A stretch of 64,000 nucleotides of DNA from Cyanobacteriota bacterium (GTDB lineage Bacteria; Cyanobacteriota; Cyanobacteriia; Thermostichales; Thermostichaceae): positions 58,408 to 122,407 of the forward strand of contig JANRIL010000041.1 of the NCBI GenBank assembly GCA_033764955.1. Direction: 5' to 3'. The notes under the pieces were generated by a model. The model was not told where the DNA came from. It did no database searches and saw only the letters and a list, made by a program, of their open reading frames with translations. Shown here in pieces: positions 51,690 through 63,273 of this stretch. The position numbers and the translations under genes were made by a program. The stretch's first letter is position 1. The number at the start of each line of letters is the position of its first letter.

Positions 51690-52419
51690 GAGGGAGGGAT
51701 CCAAAAGCTTGGATTGGGATCCCTTGGGCGGCGGCGGCATCGATCAGCCAGAGCAAATGACCGTGGGGTTTCACCTGTTGACAGGGCAAGTGGGGTGGGG
51801 TGGTCAAGACCTCCTGCACAATCGGGGCTTTACTGGATCCAGCCACCAAAAATATCACCTGCTGGCTGTGGTTGAGCACTGGAAAAGTCAGGGTGATGCG
51901 GGGTTGTCCTGCTTTTTCTCCTACCGTTACCCAGCGATCCATCACCTGCAAGGCGGCAGTCTGGGGAAACAAGGACGCGGTGTGTCCATCATCGCCAATC
52001 CCCAAGAGCATCAGATCAAAAGAAGGCCAATCGGATTGGAAAATCCCTTGCAGGGTTTGGGCGTAGGTGTCGGCGTCCCGCAGGGGATCCCTGGCGGCGG
52101 TGGGAATCGGAAAAATGTGATCAGCCGGAATGGGCACATGATCCAACAGCGCTTCTTTCGCCATTTTGAAATTACTATCGGGGTGATCGGTGGGCACATA
52201 GCGCTCATCCCCCCAAAAAATTTGGGTGTGCGCCCAATCTAGATCCGGGGTATTCGCTAATGCTTGATAGAGAGCTTTCGGGGTCGTTCCCCCCGACAAA
52301 GCCACCCGAAAGGAACCATGATCGGCGATGGCGGATTGTGCCCCCTGCCGCCACCAGGCGATGGCTCGCTTGACCACATGGGCGGGATCCACCGCGATTT
52401 CCAGTTGAAAGGCTTCCAT
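51676..52419 (-). CDS. pgl: 6-phosphogluconolactonase
   Basis: LSGGTTP, WGDERYV, DGHTASLFP, RITLT. Confidence 0.95.
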   Translation of the reverse strand: MEAFQLEIAVDPAHVVKRAIAWWRQGAQSAIADHGSFRVALSGGTTPKALYQALANTPDLDWAHTQIFWGDERYVPTDHPDSNFKMAKEALLDHVPIPADHIFPIPTAARDPLRDADTYAQTLQGIFQSDWPSFDLMLLGIGDDGHTASLFPQTAALQVMDRWVTVGEKAGQPRITLTFPVLNHSQQVIFLVAGSSKAPIVQEVLTTPPHLPCQQVKPHGHLLWLIDAAAAQGIPIQAFGSLPLTTA

Positions 52420-52579
52420 AACCTGGGACAGAAAGCAACGCCCTAGTTATACCACCCAGGGATCCGCTTGCGGTGAGTTAGCCCAGAAGGGAGGTTGAAA
52501 GAACGCCAATAGTTTGCAAGGCTGGATATTTTTGCGAGAGTTGATAGCAAGCAAGCCACTCAAGCAGGTACAGCAGCCG

Positions 52580-53218
52580 ATGGAAACCGAATCCGTGACG
52601 GTGATTGAGCATCCGCTAGTGCAACACAAATTAACGTTGATGCGACGGGCGGAAACCAGCACGGCCAAATTTCGCATGTTGCTCAAAGAAATTAGTATGT
52701 TACTGGCCTATGAGGTGACCCGCGATCTCCCCCTCAAAAAAGAGTGGATTGAAACGCCGATGGCTCCCATGCAGGCTCCCGTTTTGGCTCCCGATAAAAA
52801 AATGGTCATTGTCTCGATCATGCGGGCAGGCCAGGGCATTTTGGATGGCATGTTAGAGCTGATCCCCTCGGCACGGGTGGGGCATATTGGCCTTTATCGG
52901 GATCCCAAAACCTTGATTCCCATTGAATACTATTTCAAAGTTCCTCATGATGTGGAGGAGCGAGATATGCTGGTGGTGGATCCCATGCTAGCTACCGGAA
53001 ATTCGGCGGTGGCAGCCGTACAAAAGCTGAAAACAACGGCTCCCAAAACCCTTCGATTCGTTTGTTTGGTCGCCGCACCAGAAGGGATCCAAACGTTTCA
53101 TGATTATCATCCCGATGTGCCAATTTACACGGCTGCCATTGACGAAAAGCTGGATGAACATGGATATATTATTCCTGGGCTGGGAGATGCCGGAGATCGG
53201 TTGTTTGGCACCAAGTAA
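52580..53218 (+). CDS. upp: Uracil phosphoribosyltransferase
   Basis: [32 protein letters not shown]. Confidence 0.97.
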   Translation: METESVTVIEHPLVQHKLTLMRRAETSTAKFRMLLKEISMLLAYEVTRDLPLKKEWIETPMAPMQAPVLAPDKKMVIVSIMRAGQGILDGMLELIPSARVGHIGLYRDPKTLIPIEYYFKVPHDVEERDMLVVDPMLATGNSAVAAVQKLKTTAPKTLRFVCLVAAPEGIQTFHDYHPDVPIYTAAIDEKLDEHGYIIPGLGDAGDRLFGTK

Positions 53219-53532
53219 GACGGCAACGATTGGAAAACCAATTGGCAACGACTTGAACAAGACTTACGAACCCAAATATTGGCACAGTCCATTGAATTGA
53301 TTGAAGATAATCGCTATGGTAAAAAGTCACAAGTATTGAATCTTAAGATTTTCAAGATCGCTGATAAGCTATGGATTGGTTCTTTTGTTTAGGATCCCCC
53401 ATACCTCTACCCGTGTAGGGGTAGCCTAGATAACCTCTGCTTAACACCCGTTGACTACTATAGAACTACGGTAAGACCGTCCAAGAACTTGCTCTGTGGG
53501 TTCTTGGTTCGTGGATGTGATTTGGGTTAGGT

Positions 53533-56334
53533 ATGACAACCGCTCACCCTCCCCAATGGCGGGGCAAGATCCCCCTACGCCTGCTATGGATTGCCCCCTT
53601 TGTGGTGGAAATGATCGCTGTCGTCGGTGGAGTTGGCTACTTATCCTTTTGGCATGGGCAACGAGCCGTCAAACAGGTGGTCACCCAGCTCCAGAGTGAA
53701 ACTAGCCAGCGCATCCAACAGCAATTAGATCACTATTTGCAAACCCCCCGCCTCGTCAACCGCCTGAATGAAGAAGCGATACGGATGGGCTATCTCAACC
53801 TGGATCAACCGCGCCAGTGGTGGCTCTATTGGTGGCGGCAAATGCAGATGTTTGAAGGAATTGCTTATATCTCCACGGGCACGGCTGAGGGGGAGTTTGT
53901 CGGGATTGATCGACGGCAGGATGGATCCCTCGTCTACCACATCAAAGACCAAGCCACTCAGGGATCCGTGATTCAATATCGGGTCAATCCGGATGGATCC
54001 CAGGGGAACTATCTGGAGGAAATTGCCGATTACGATCCCCGCCAGCGCCCCTGGTATCAAAATGTAGAGCGGGCCAAAGCCCCCATCTGGTCAGAGATTT
54101 ATCAATACTTGGCTCCACCCGTCTTGGGGATCACCTTTGGTCAACCCTATCTGGATGAGCAAGGACAAGTGCAGGGGGTGATCACCGCCGATATCACCCT
54201 GCCGATCATCTCCGATTTTTTACAGGAATTAGAGGTGGGTCGCTCTGGCCAAACCCTGATTATGGAGCGCTCCGGTCTATTGGTGGCCAGCTCCCTCATC
54301 TCCCCCTTTAGTCCCCAACAGGAGCGGATCACCGCTGCCACCAGCCCTGACCCGTTGATTCGAGCCGCCGCTCTGGCTCTTCAGGAGCGTTATCCCAACC
54401 TGGAGGGAATTGAGCAGCCTCAACAGCTAGACTTTTGGCTGGAGGGGGAACGGCAGTTTTTGCAGGTGTTACCCTATCGGGATCCCCATGGGCTGGACTG
54501 GTTAATTGGGGTGATCATCCCCGAATCCGATTTTTTGGCAGAAATTACGGCCAGTAACCGCCATACCCTCGTTCTTTGTCTGGTGGCGGTCGCCCTGGCT
54601 TTGGGAGTGGGCTGGCTGACGGCTCGCTGGATTAGCCAACCGATTTTAGCCTTGAGTCAGGCTTCACAAGCCATGGCGGAGGGAAATCTGCAACCCCAAG
54701 TGAGTGCGACCGCCAGCCAAACCAGCATTCGTGAGATTAAGACGATGGCGGATTCCTTTGCTCGCATGGCTAGCCAACTGCGGGACTCATTTATGGCCTT
54801 GGAGCGCAGCAAAGAGGAGTTAGAACTGCGGGTGGAACAGCGTACCCTGGAATGGAAGGAAGCCAAAGAAGCCGCCGATGCCGCTAACCACGCCAAAAGT
54901 GAGTTTCTGGCGAATATGAGCCACGAACTGCGGACTCCCCTCAACGGTATTTTGGGGTATGCCCAAATTTTGCAACGGTCGGATCACCTGCCCGCCAGCG
55001 AAGCCCGCGGTGTTCAGATCATTCGCCAGAGTGGGCATCATCTCTTGACCCTGATTAACGATATTTTGGATCTCTCCAAAATTGAAGCCCGCAAGCTGGA
55101 ACTGCACCCGCATGACTTCTACTTTCCCGCTTTTTTGCGGGGGGTAACGGAGCTTTGTGCCCTGCGTGCCCAGGAAAAGGGCATTGCCTTTATCGACCAA
55201 AGCAGCCCCGCCTTGCCGGAAGGGATCCATGCCGATGAAAAACGTCTGCGCCAAGTCTTGATCAATCTCCTCAGTAATGCTGTGAAATTTACCGAGACGG
55301 GAAGGGTGACGTTACGGGTGGAGCCATGTCCGGATCCCCTCTCGCCGCCCATCTCTGCCGATCCTCCCCTCACCCATCTGCGCTTTGCCATCATCGACAC
55401 GGGGATTGGCATGACCCCTGAGCACCTCGCCCAGATCTTTCAACCCTTTGAACAGGTGGGATCCCAGCGGCGGCGGCAGGAGGGGACGGGTTTGGGGTTA
55501 GCGATCAGCCAGCGGATTGTGCAGTTAATGGGCAGCCAGATTGAGGTGAGCAGCCAACCGGGAGCAGGCAGCACCTTCTGGTTTGATCTGCATCTGCCCC
55601 TGGCTGTGGACTGGGCGCAGCAAGCTACGATCCTGCCACGGGGCAAAATCACCGGTTTCTTGGGGCAACCCCCCCAAATTTTGGTGGTGGATGATCGCTG
55701 GGAAAACCGCGCCGTGTTGGTCAATTTGTTACAGCCCCTAGGATTTGTGGTGAAGGAAGCGGAGGAGGGAGAGTCCGCCCTCCAGATCGCCCACACCTGG
55801 GATCCCGACTTGGTGATTACGGATCTGTTGATGCCGGGGATGGATGGGTTTGCTTTGATTCAGCAGATTCGTCAGAGTGCCAGCTTGCGCTATAAAGTCG
55901 TGCTGGTGTCCTCCGCCAGTGTCTTTGAGATGGATCAGCACAAAAGCTTGCAGGCGGGGGGCAATGACTTTCTGGCTAAACCCGTGCAAGCGGAGGAACT
56001 GTTTCAGCTCATCCAAAAACACCTGGGTCTGACCTGGGTCTATCACCCTCTGTCTGCGGATTCCGACTCTGAGCAGGCTCCTAAAGATATCAGCCTGGGG
56101 GATCCCCTTCCCCTGCTCGATGCTGCCGCTTATCCTGCCTCTCCCCACCTAGAGAAATTGCTGGATTTAGCGAAGCGAGGAGATCTGTCGGCGCTGCAGA
56201 CGACCTCCCAGGCATTGGCTGAGGAGGATCCCGCCTGCCAACCGTTTTTGGATCGCCTCAACCCCTTGATCAAAGGGTTTCAGGTCAAGCAGATTCGCCA
56301 GTTGATCGAGCAAGGGCTGGGGGTACAGGTATGA
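53533..56334 (+). CDS. Hybrid histidine kinase (Cache-HAMP-HisKA-HATPase-REC)
   Basis: [31 protein letters not shown]. Confidence 0.95.
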   Translation: MTTAHPPQWRGKIPLRLLWIAPFVVEMIAVVGGVGYLSFWHGQRAVKQVVTQLQSETSQRIQQQLDHYLQTPRLVNRLNEEAIRMGYLNLDQPRQWWLYWWRQMQMFEGIAYISTGTAEGEFVGIDRRQDGSLVYHIKDQATQGSVIQYRVNPDGSQGNYLEEIADYDPRQRPWYQNVERAKAPIWSEIYQYLAPPVLGITFGQPYLDEQGQVQGVITADITLPIISDFLQELEVGRSGQTLIMERSGLLVASSLISPFSPQQERITAATSPDPLIRAAALALQERYPNLEGIEQPQQLDFWLEGERQFLQVLPYRDPHGLDWLIGVIIPESDFLAEITASNRHTLVLCLVAVALALGVGWLTARWISQPILALSQASQAMAEGNLQPQVSATASQTSIREIKTMADSFARMASQLRDSFMALERSKEELELRVEQRTLEWKEAKEAADAANHAKSEFLANMSHELRTPLNGILGYAQILQRSDHLPASEARGVQIIRQSGHHLLTLINDILDLSKIEARKLELHPHDFYFPAFLRGVTELCALRAQEKGIAFIDQSSPALPEGIHADEKRLRQVLINLLSNAVKFTETGRVTLRVEPCPDPLSPPISADPPLTHLRFAIIDTGIGMTPEHLAQIFQPFEQVGSQRRRQEGTGLGLAISQRIVQLMGSQIEVSSQPGAGSTFWFDLHLPLAVDWAQQATILPRGKITGFLGQPPQILVVDDRWENRAVLVNLLQPLGFVVKEAEEGESALQIAHTWDPDLVITDLLMPGMDGFALIQQIRQSASLRYKVVLVSSASVFEMDQHKSLQAGGNDFLAKPVQAEELFQLIQKHLGLTWVYHPLSADSDSEQAPKDISLGDPLPLLDAAAYPASPHLEKLLDLAKRGDLSALQTTSQALAEEDPACQPFLDRLNPLIKGFQVKQIRQLIEQGLGVQV

Positions 56335-58190
56335 ACGCTCTGCCAACAGCGGTGATTCCAGCCACTCTGTTGATTGTGGATGATACCCCAGCCAATCTGG
56401 AGATTCTCTCCCAAGCTCTCCTGGATGTGGGCTATACCCCTTTGGTGGCGATTGATGGGGAAAGCGCCATTCAGCAGGCGGAATATGCTCAACCAGATTT
56501 GATTTTGTTGGATGTGATGATGCCCCCCGGCATCGATGGCTTTGTCACCTGTCAACAGCTCAAAGCTAACCCTCGCACCCAACAGATCCCGGTGATTTTT
56601 ATGACCGCCCTCAACGACACTGCCGAGAAGGTGCGCGGATTCAACCTAGGGGCAGTGGACTATATCACCAAGCCCTTTGAATTGGAGGAGGTCTTGGCAC
56701 GGGTCTCCACCCACCTACAACTGCGCTTCGTGAAACAGCAATTGCAAACCCTCAACACGGAACTAGAGGAGCGCGTCCAGCAGCGCACCATGCAACTGGA
56801 GGAAGCCAACCGCTCCCTGCAACGGGAGATCGCCGAGCGGCAGGAGGTGCAGAAACAACTGCTCAAGATGGCGCTGGAAGATAGCCTAACCGGTATGCCG
56901 AACCGCGCCAAAGTCATGGAAGCCTTGACGGAGAATCTCAAAAAAGCCGAAAGGGATCCCAGCTATGGCTTTGCCGTTCACTTTATTGACTGTGATCGCT
57001 TCAAACTGGTCAATGATTCCCTGGGCCACTTCGTGGGAGATCAACTGTTAATCGCCATTGCCCAATCCTTGCGGGCGGCTATCCCCGTCAACAGTCTACT
57101 GGGACGCTTGGGAGGGGATGAGTTTTTGGTCATCCAAGAAGGGGTGCAAACGGTCGAGGATGCCGTGGCTTGTGCCGAAACCATTCAAGGATCCCTGACC
57201 AAAGCGTTTCAGCTAGAGCCTTATCAGGTGTATATCAACGTCAGCATTGGTATTGTCTTGGGATCCGGCTACCAGCAGGCGGAACATCTGCTGCGGGATG
57301 CCGATACTGCCATGTATCAGGCCAAGTCTACGGGGAAGGGACACTACCGTCTGTTTGAAGCAGCTATGCATGAGCGTGCCCAAACTCGCCTCACCCTAGA
57401 AAACGACCTGCGCCGTGCCGTTGAACAACAGGAGTTTATCCTGCACTACCAGCCGATCGTGGAACTACAGAGCGGTCGCATAGTCAGTCTAGAAGCTCTG
57501 ATCCGTTGGCACCATCCCCAAAAAGGACGGATCCCGCCGGATCAGTTTATTGGGATTGCTGAAGAAACGGGGTTGATTCTGCCGATTGGTAGGTGGGTAT
57601 TGCAGACTGCCTGCCAACAACTGCGGCAATGGCACGATCGCTATCCACAGCAACAACACCTGACCATGAGCGTCAACCTCTCCGTCAAACAATTTGCTCA
57701 GCCCCATTTGATTCAACTGATTGATCGCTGCCTGGAGGAAAGTCATTTGGGTGGGAGCCAGATCAAACTAGAGATTACCGAAAGCGCCATTATGGAAAAT
57801 GCCGAGGAGACCTTTCACCTGCTGGCGCAATTGCGGGAACGGCAGATTGATCTGAGCATTGATGACTTTGGCACGGGCTACTCCTCCCTCAGCTATTTGC
57901 ACCGCTTCCCCGTCAGCATCCTCAAAATTGACCGCACCTTTGTTAGCCGTCTGGATCACTCCGTGAACCAACCACTCAGCCAAATGGGGATTGTGCGGGC
58001 GATCATCATGCTGTCCCAGAGTTTGCACATTCAACTGGTGGCAGAAGGGATCGAAACCCCCTGGCAACGGGAGCAATTGCTGATGATGGGATCCACCTAT
58101 GGTCAGGGCTATTATTTCTCCCGTCCGTTACCTGCCGAGGGGGTAGAGGCGCTCTTGTCTAATGGCATGGTTTTGCCCCTGCCCGCCTAG
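56331..58190 (+). CDS. REC-GGDEF-EAL response regulator, coupled to the upstream kinase
   Basis: [35 protein letters not shown] overlap. Confidence 0.95.
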   Translation: MNALPTAVIPATLLIVDDTPANLEILSQALLDVGYTPLVAIDGESAIQQAEYAQPDLILLDVMMPPGIDGFVTCQQLKANPRTQQIPVIFMTALNDTAEKVRGFNLGAVDYITKPFELEEVLARVSTHLQLRFVKQQLQTLNTELEERVQQRTMQLEEANRSLQREIAERQEVQKQLLKMALEDSLTGMPNRAKVMEALTENLKKAERDPSYGFAVHFIDCDRFKLVNDSLGHFVGDQLLIAIAQSLRAAIPVNSLLGRLGGDEFLVIQEGVQTVEDAVACAETIQGSLTKAFQLEPYQVYINVSIGIVLGSGYQQAEHLLRDADTAMYQAKSTGKGHYRLFEAAMHERAQTRLTLENDLRRAVEQQEFILHYQPIVELQSGRIVSLEALIRWHHPQKGRIPPDQFIGIAEETGLILPIGRWVLQTACQQLRQWHDRYPQQQHLTMSVNLSVKQFAQPHLIQLIDRCLEESHLGGSQIKLEITESAIMENAEETFHLLAQLRERQIDLSIDDFGTGYSSLSYLHRFPVSILKIDRTFVSRLDHSVNQPLSQMGIVRAIIMLSQSLHIQLVAEGIETPWQREQLLMMGSTYGQGYYFSRPLPAEGVEALLSNGMVLPLPA

Positions 58191-58258
58191 CCATTTGGGG
58201 GATTGTTCTCTCGGAAAGGGGGCTGATAGAGTAGCGGTGCTGCCACTTGGATACGATC

Positions 58259-59167
58259 ATGCCTGCCCCCATTCGGATTTTGCTGCAAACCACCATTCCC
58301 AGCCTGGAGGATGATTGGCACATCGGACGCTTTGCCCTGCTGCATCGCTTCTTGGCAGGGCTAACCACCCCCCAGGGGGATCCCCTCTGCCAGGTGACCA
58401 GTCGGGATCGGCAGGTGGACGGGGCAGGCAATGATCCGGTGTTGAGCCAGATGGGTTCCTCACCGTTTGACGAATTGTGGCTGTTTGCGGTCGATACGGG
58501 GGATGGCTTGTCAGAGGCCGATTGCCAGGGCATCACCGCCTTTCGCCAACGGGGGGGGGGATTGTTGACCACCCGCGACCACCAAGATCTCGGATCCTCG
58601 TTGTGTCAGTTGAGCGGAGCCTGTCACCCGATTGGCATGGCGCACTTTTTCCACAGCCAAAACCCCGATCCGGATCCCAGCCGCCACTGCCGCGATGATC
58701 AAGCCACTTCCTCTATCACTTGGCCTAACTATCATTCGGGGCGTAATGGCGACTATCAAGTGATTCATCCCAGCCAGCCTTTGCACGAATTGCTGCATAA
58801 CCCAGATTCCCCCAGCGGAGCCATCCAATACTTCCCCGCCCATCCCCACGAAGGAGCCGTCGGGATCCCGCAGGCAGAAAGCAGCGCCCGCGTGATTGCC
58901 ACCGGCAAAAGTCTTGTCTCCGAGCGTCTCTTTAATCTGGCGGTGGCCTTTGAGCGGGTGGAGGATGCCGCGGGGCGTTTATTGGGGCGGGCGGTGGCTC
59001 AGTCTACCTTCCATCATTTTTGTGATTACAACTGGGATCCCTCAATGGGTTGCCCCAGCTTTGTCTCGGAGCCTGCCGGAGATAGCCTAGTACGGGATCC
59101 CTTGGCGATGGCGGATGTCTATGCCTATATGAAAAACTTGGCGCTCTGGCTCAGTCCCCAAGAGTAG
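58259..59167 (+). CDS. Hypothetical protein, possibly ThuA/class-I GATase-like fold
   Basis: ILLQTTI..DDWHIGRF, FDELWLF, GGGLL..RDH; fold is inference. Confidence 0.65.
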   Translation: MPAPIRILLQTTIPSLEDDWHIGRFALLHRFLAGLTTPQGDPLCQVTSRDRQVDGAGNDPVLSQMGSSPFDELWLFAVDTGDGLSEADCQGITAFRQRGGGLLTTRDHQDLGSSLCQLSGACHPIGMAHFFHSQNPDPDPSRHCRDDQATSSITWPNYHSGRNGDYQVIHPSQPLHELLHNPDSPSGAIQYFPAHPHEGAVGIPQAESSARVIATGKSLVSERLFNLAVAFERVEDAAGRLLGRAVAQSTFHHFCDYNWDPSMGCPSFVSEPAGDSLVRDPLAMADVYAYMKNLALWLSPQE

Positions 59168-59582
59168 CCGCCAGCCGATCCACCTGCTGTACCAAGCCCG
59201 CCACAGCACTGGGTGACCAGACTCCTTCGCTGGCTCTACCCTGGTGCAGTCGCAGATAAAGGCGAAAGTGATCCGGTTCTCCAGTGGCGATCAGGGTGAG
59301 AAGGTCTAAGCCTTGTTCTAGGGTGAGGCTCTCTTCGGCCATGAGGTGGGGGCGCATCACCTGCCACTGGTGCCGCAATTGCTGGAGCGCCTGACAAAAG
59401 GCTTGCCATTCTGCTTCCGTCAACTCCATCGCCCAGTCATCGGATCCCAAAAGAGTAGTGTAGGGGGGATGGTGGGGTTGGCGGCCCAGTCGCCAGCCAG
59501 CTCCTTTCCAGAGATGGGGGGAAGGGGAGGCAAACCGCTCCGATCGATCAGAGGGAAAATCAGATCCATCCACCATATCCAT
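59151..59582 (-). CDS. DUF1818-family protein
   Basis: G.GWRLG, LLG..DWA.ELT..E, LM.EE, EG.W. Confidence 0.8.
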   Translation of the reverse strand: MDMVDGSDFPSDRSERFASPSPHLWKGAGWRLGRQPHHPPYTTLLGSDDWAMELTEAEWQAFCQALQQLRHQWQVMRPHLMAEESLTLEQGLDLLTLIATGEPDHFRLYLRLHQGRASEGVWSPSAVAGLVQQVDRLAATLGD

Positions 59583-59659
59583 ACCCCCATACTCCCATCA
59601 CTCACTATATTCACATCACCCTATTCACAAAGGGGTGTATCGCTGGTTTGGGGAAGGGA

Positions 59660-60766
59660 CTAGGTTTCGTTGATCCGTTGCCAAACGCTGGCTTGCGTGC
59701 CACGACTGCGCCGCCGAAACAAACGAGGTCGGTAGGCAGACTCCCCCCCCAGCTCGACAATCTGCACGAGATTACGCTGGCGCAAGCTATCCAAACAGGC
59801 TTCCACCGCCTCTAGGGATTTTCCGGTTTGCACCATGATTTCTTTGGGGGTGACGGGTTGCTGTTGGCGGATCATCCAATTCAACAGATGCCGCTCTACC
59901 TCCGGCAGCGACAACATTTGCGACATGCCGCCTGTTTCTAGCTCCTGCACCAAATCATCCACCACCAGGGGACGGCTAGCCGAGGTGGAAGGAGTTTGCA
60001 GAATTTGGCTGGCAAGGCTGGCTAGGGTTTGGGTGAGGGGATGATCGGGGTAGCGCAGGCAAAACACATCATGACCAGCCAGCAACAACATTTCTTCACA
60101 GAGGGGCAGAATGGCCGTGGGGGGCATCCCATAATTGGTTTCAATTTCCTGGCGGAGATGGGTGCGATCCACCCCGCTGGGAATCTGGTTGAGGATGAGC
60201 AAGAGGTGGGGCACTTCTAGTTTGTGAGCCAGTTCCAATGCCACCGCCGTTTTTTGCAAATCCTCCCAGTCCAAGCCCACGATCACTATCAGAATATCGG
60301 CTAGGGTCATCGCCAAGAGAGATTCTTCGTCCAAGCCAGCGGGAGTGTCTAACAACAAAAAGTCTAAGCCCAGTTGCAGACTGAGTTGAAAAAAGCCTGT
60401 GCCCAAACGGGCGGCATCGTGTCCCTGTTGCAGAAGCGGCTTGATCTCCTTGAGTTTGAGACCAGAGGGTAAAAGATAAACCCCACCGCTCAGGAGGGCG
60501 ACCTCCCCCTCTCCCACTTTCAGCAATTCCGGTTCCTGCGGTTGCTGGGGATCCCAGAGCGCTCCCTTCCCCAAAAAGTCATTGAAGGTGGCATCCAAAC
60601 GCCATTCGTCATAGCCAAACAGGGAATGTACCCCTGGCATCGCCCGATCCGTATCGACAATCCCCACTCGCTTGCCCTGAGCCGCCATCAGCGCCCCTAA
60701 ATTAGCCGCTAAGTTGGATTTGCCTACACCCGGTCGAAAGGATTGCAGAGAAATAATACGGGTCAT
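59660..60766 (-). CDS. MinD/ParA-family ATPase with C-terminal winged-helix-like extension
   Basis: SFRPGVGKSN, VDTD..PG.H, LDTPAG. Confidence 0.85.
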   Translation of the reverse strand: MTRIISLQSFRPGVGKSNLAANLGALMAAQGKRVGIVDTDRAMPGVHSLFGYDEWRLDATFNDFLGKGALWDPQQPQEPELLKVGEGEVALLSGGVYLLPSGLKLKEIKPLLQQGHDAARLGTGFFQLSLQLGLDFLLLDTPAGLDEESLLAMTLADILIVIVGLDWEDLQKTAVALELAHKLEVPHLLLILNQIPSGVDRTHLRQEIETNYGMPPTAILPLCEEMLLLAGHDVFCLRYPDHPLTQTLASLASQILQTPSTSASRPLVVDDLVQELETGGMSQMLSLPEVERHLLNWMIRQQQPVTPKEIMVQTGKSLEAVEACLDSLRQRNLVQIVELGGESAYRPRLFRRRSRGTQASVWQRINET

Positions 60767-60884
60767 CGGTGCGGGGAGGGAATGGGGGTTTAGAAATGGG
60801 GTGATCCCAATTAAATGGGGATCCCGGCTTCTAGTCATGGTATTGCGCTTAGGGAAAAATGATCTCCCCCGCGTCAGGAAATCG

Positions 60885-62330
60885 TCACACTTGCCCGCTC
60901 TCACCATTGGCTGGAGAGGGAGGAGCCGTCCCTCGGCAAGCCTGATAACGGTGCTTAAAGGTGTGCTGGCGTTGTTTGTGATCGACTATCGGATCGGGAT
61001 AACCCAGGCGGCGGCGGGCTGTCAGGGCAGGTGGGTGGGCTTCTAGCAGGTGGGCGGTGGATAGTCCTGCCAATTCTGGCAAATAGTGGCGAATATAGCG
61101 ACCCTCTGGATCAAATTTGCTGGCCTGCGTCCAGGGGTTGAAAATGCGGAGGGGTTTGGCATCCGTCCCCACGCTGGCGCTCCACTGCCACCCCCCATTG
61201 TTAGCGGCCAGATCTCCATCCACCAGATTTTGCATGAAATACTGTTCTCCCCAACGCCAATCAATCAAGAGATCTTTGGTCAAAAAACTGGCCACAATCA
61301 TCCGGCAGCGGTTGTGCATCCAACCGGTTTGATTGAGTTGTCGCATCGCTGCATCCACGATGGGATAGCCGGTTTCTCCCCGACACCACGCCTGAAAGTG
61401 ATCCGGCTGGTTGTCCCACTCCAATCGGTCAAAGTCCTGACGATAGCATCGCGTTTCTACCTGCGGCCAAAAGGCCAAGACATGCTTATAAAATTCTCGC
61501 CAAGCAATTTCTTGTTGCCAGGTTTGCAGGCTGAGAGCCTGGGCATCACTGCGAATTTCCGGTTCGGCGTCCTTGAGGGTTTGCCACAATTGGCGGATCC
61601 CTAGATTGCCCCAGCGCAAATAGGGGCTGAGTTGAGAAGTGCCCGCTACCGCCGGATGGTTTCGCTGCTGTTCATACGCAAACAAACCTCCCTCCAGACA
61701 AAACCGATCCAGGTGGTCGAGGGCGGCGGTTTCTCCAGCAGGCGGTAACTGTTGCGAGCAGGTCATGCCCAAACCCGCCAAATCCGGCAGGGGAAGGGAG
61801 GGCAAAGCCAGGGTTGTCAGCGACCGGGGCGGCGGATAGGGATCCCCTTTCTCTAAGCGACTCCAGTTGCGCCAAAAGGGGGTATAGACAGAATAGGGAT
61901 CCCCCACCTGGGTCAGCACCTCTCCAGGTCCGTGCAGTAGTTGATCCTGGCAGGTGATCACCTGGATCCCCAGTGCCTCTAGCCCCGCTCGTACCCGTCG
62001 ATCCCGTTGTTGGGCAAACGGCTCGACATCCTCGTTCCAGAGAATGGTTCTGGCTTGACTTTCCTCAATCACCTGGCGCAGACAGAGCAGAGGATCCCCC
62101 CGGCGCACCACCAACTGTCCGCTGATCTGGGCATAGCGATCCTGCATTTCCCGCAGGCTATCGAGCATAAACTGCACCCGCGCCGGAGCAGTATCAGAGC
62201 GGTGCAGAATCTCTGGATCGAGAATGAAGATGGGGATAACCAGCGGACTCAAACGGTAGGCATGAGCCAGGGCGGTATTATCATGCAGACGCAGGTCACG
62301 GCGATGCCAGAGGAGGATAGGATCATTCAT
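60885..62330 (-). CDS. phrA: Class I CPD DNA photolyase
   Basis: WHRRDLRLHDN, TS.LSPYL..G, WREFY, TGYPIVDAAMRQL, MHNR.RM. Confidence 0.95.
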   Translation of the reverse strand: MNDPILLWHRRDLRLHDNTALAHAYRLSPLVIPIFILDPEILHRSDTAPARVQFMLDSLREMQDRYAQISGQLVVRRGDPLLCLRQVIEESQARTILWNEDVEPFAQQRDRRVRAGLEALGIQVITCQDQLLHGPGEVLTQVGDPYSVYTPFWRNWSRLEKGDPYPPPRSLTTLALPSLPLPDLAGLGMTCSQQLPPAGETAALDHLDRFCLEGGLFAYEQQRNHPAVAGTSQLSPYLRWGNLGIRQLWQTLKDAEPEIRSDAQALSLQTWQQEIAWREFYKHVLAFWPQVETRCYRQDFDRLEWDNQPDHFQAWCRGETGYPIVDAAMRQLNQTGWMHNRCRMIVASFLTKDLLIDWRWGEQYFMQNLVDGDLAANNGGWQWSASVGTDAKPLRIFNPWTQASKFDPEGRYIRHYLPELAGLSTAHLLEAHPPALTARRRLGYPDPIVDHKQRQHTFKHRYQACRGTAPPSPANGESGQV

Positions 62331-62419
62331 CTCCCTACCTTAAAGGACAGTCGCGCCTCAGCCAAGGGATCCCAAGATAAGGAGGTCAACATTAGGAGAC
62401 GAGGTCAACTCACCCCCTC

Positions 62420-62635
62420 TCAGCTTTGGGAATCCGCCCAAACGCGCTGAGGACATTCTTGGCAGGCGGGGTAGGGTTGCCGTTGTCCATCACTAAAGCC
62501 CATGGCATAGGCAGTATCTCCCAATAGCACCACCAATTGGGTTAGCTTGAGAGAGATTAAGGGATCCAAAGGTTCGGTGGCATCTAGCATAAACTTCTCA
62601 AAAGACCGACGTAGAGGTTCGGGCGTCTCAATCAT
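62420..62635 (-). CDS. Small hypothetical protein (71 aa, CQEC near the C-terminus)
   Basis: AGGAG SD 8 nt before ATG 62635; NtcA-type promoter upstream. Confidence 0.65.
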   Translation of the reverse strand: MIETPEPLRRSFEKFMLDATEPLDPLISLKLTQLVVLLGDTAYAMGFSDGQRQPYPACQECPQRVWADSQS

Positions 62636-62704
62636 CTCCACAACTCCTGCTATCTAGCGAATAGCGATAAGTATTTATCCTCAATGCAAGATGCGAATGT
62701 TGCC

Positions 62705-62746
62705 AGGATAAACGGGGGATCAAACGGGACTCGTAGCAATGTTTAC
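62705..62746 (-). promoter_or_regulatory. NtcA-activated class II promoter: GTA-N8-TAC, N22, TATCCT
   Basis: GTAGCAATGTTTAC at 62733-62746; minus-strand TAN3T at 62710-62705 with a 22-nt spacer. Confidence 0.65.
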
Positions 62747-62834
62747 CGATTGTTGAGAAAGGCTAGGGGGAGTGGGCAAGCTTTAGATTGGATCCCAAAT
62801 CTGGGTGGCAGCAGGTCAATTTATAGGAATCGCT

Positions 62835-63272
62835 ATGGCAACAGAACGACGGGTGGCACGGGTCGCCGAATTGATTAAACGGGAAGTGAGCCAAATGCTC
62901 TTAACCGATATCAAGGATGATCGGGTGGGGGCAGGCATGGTCAGCGTTACCAACGTGCAGGTTTCTAATGATCTGCAACATGCCAAGGTCTATGTCAGCA
63001 TTTATGGCACTGCCGAGGCACAAGCGGAAGCCATCACAGGATTGCAAGCCGCCACTAGTTTTGTCCGCCGAGAAATTAGCCAACGTCTCTCCCTGCGGCG
63101 TGCCCCTGTCGTCGTCTTTCAACAGGATCGCTCGATTGAAGAAGGGAACCGTGTCTTGTCCCTGCTGAGCCGATTGCAAAAGGAAAGTGCTAGCAAACAA
63201 GCTGCCTTAGCTAACCAACCAGAAGCCCTTGGGACTCAGACCGTGACCGAAAAACCCTCTCCGTTGGAATAA
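62835..63272 (+). CDS. rbfA: 30S ribosome-binding factor A
   Basis: [37 protein letters not shown]. Confidence 0.96.
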   Translation: MATERRVARVAELIKREVSQMLLTDIKDDRVGAGMVSVTNVQVSNDLQHAKVYVSIYGTAEAQAEAITGLQAATSFVRREISQRLSLRRAPVVVFQQDRSIEEGNRVLSLLSRLQKESASKQAALANQPEALGTQTVTEKPSPLE

Positions 63273-63273
63273 C

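Noticed and set aside
58551..58560. G10 tract in the hypothetical gene as a phase-variation switch
   Set aside because: Currently in frame and encodes an RGGG motif; no evidence of variation
59575..59630. Degenerate CAT(A/C)C-rich short tandem repeats (similar stretch near 14500-14550)
   Set aside because: Too short and degenerate to define a unit
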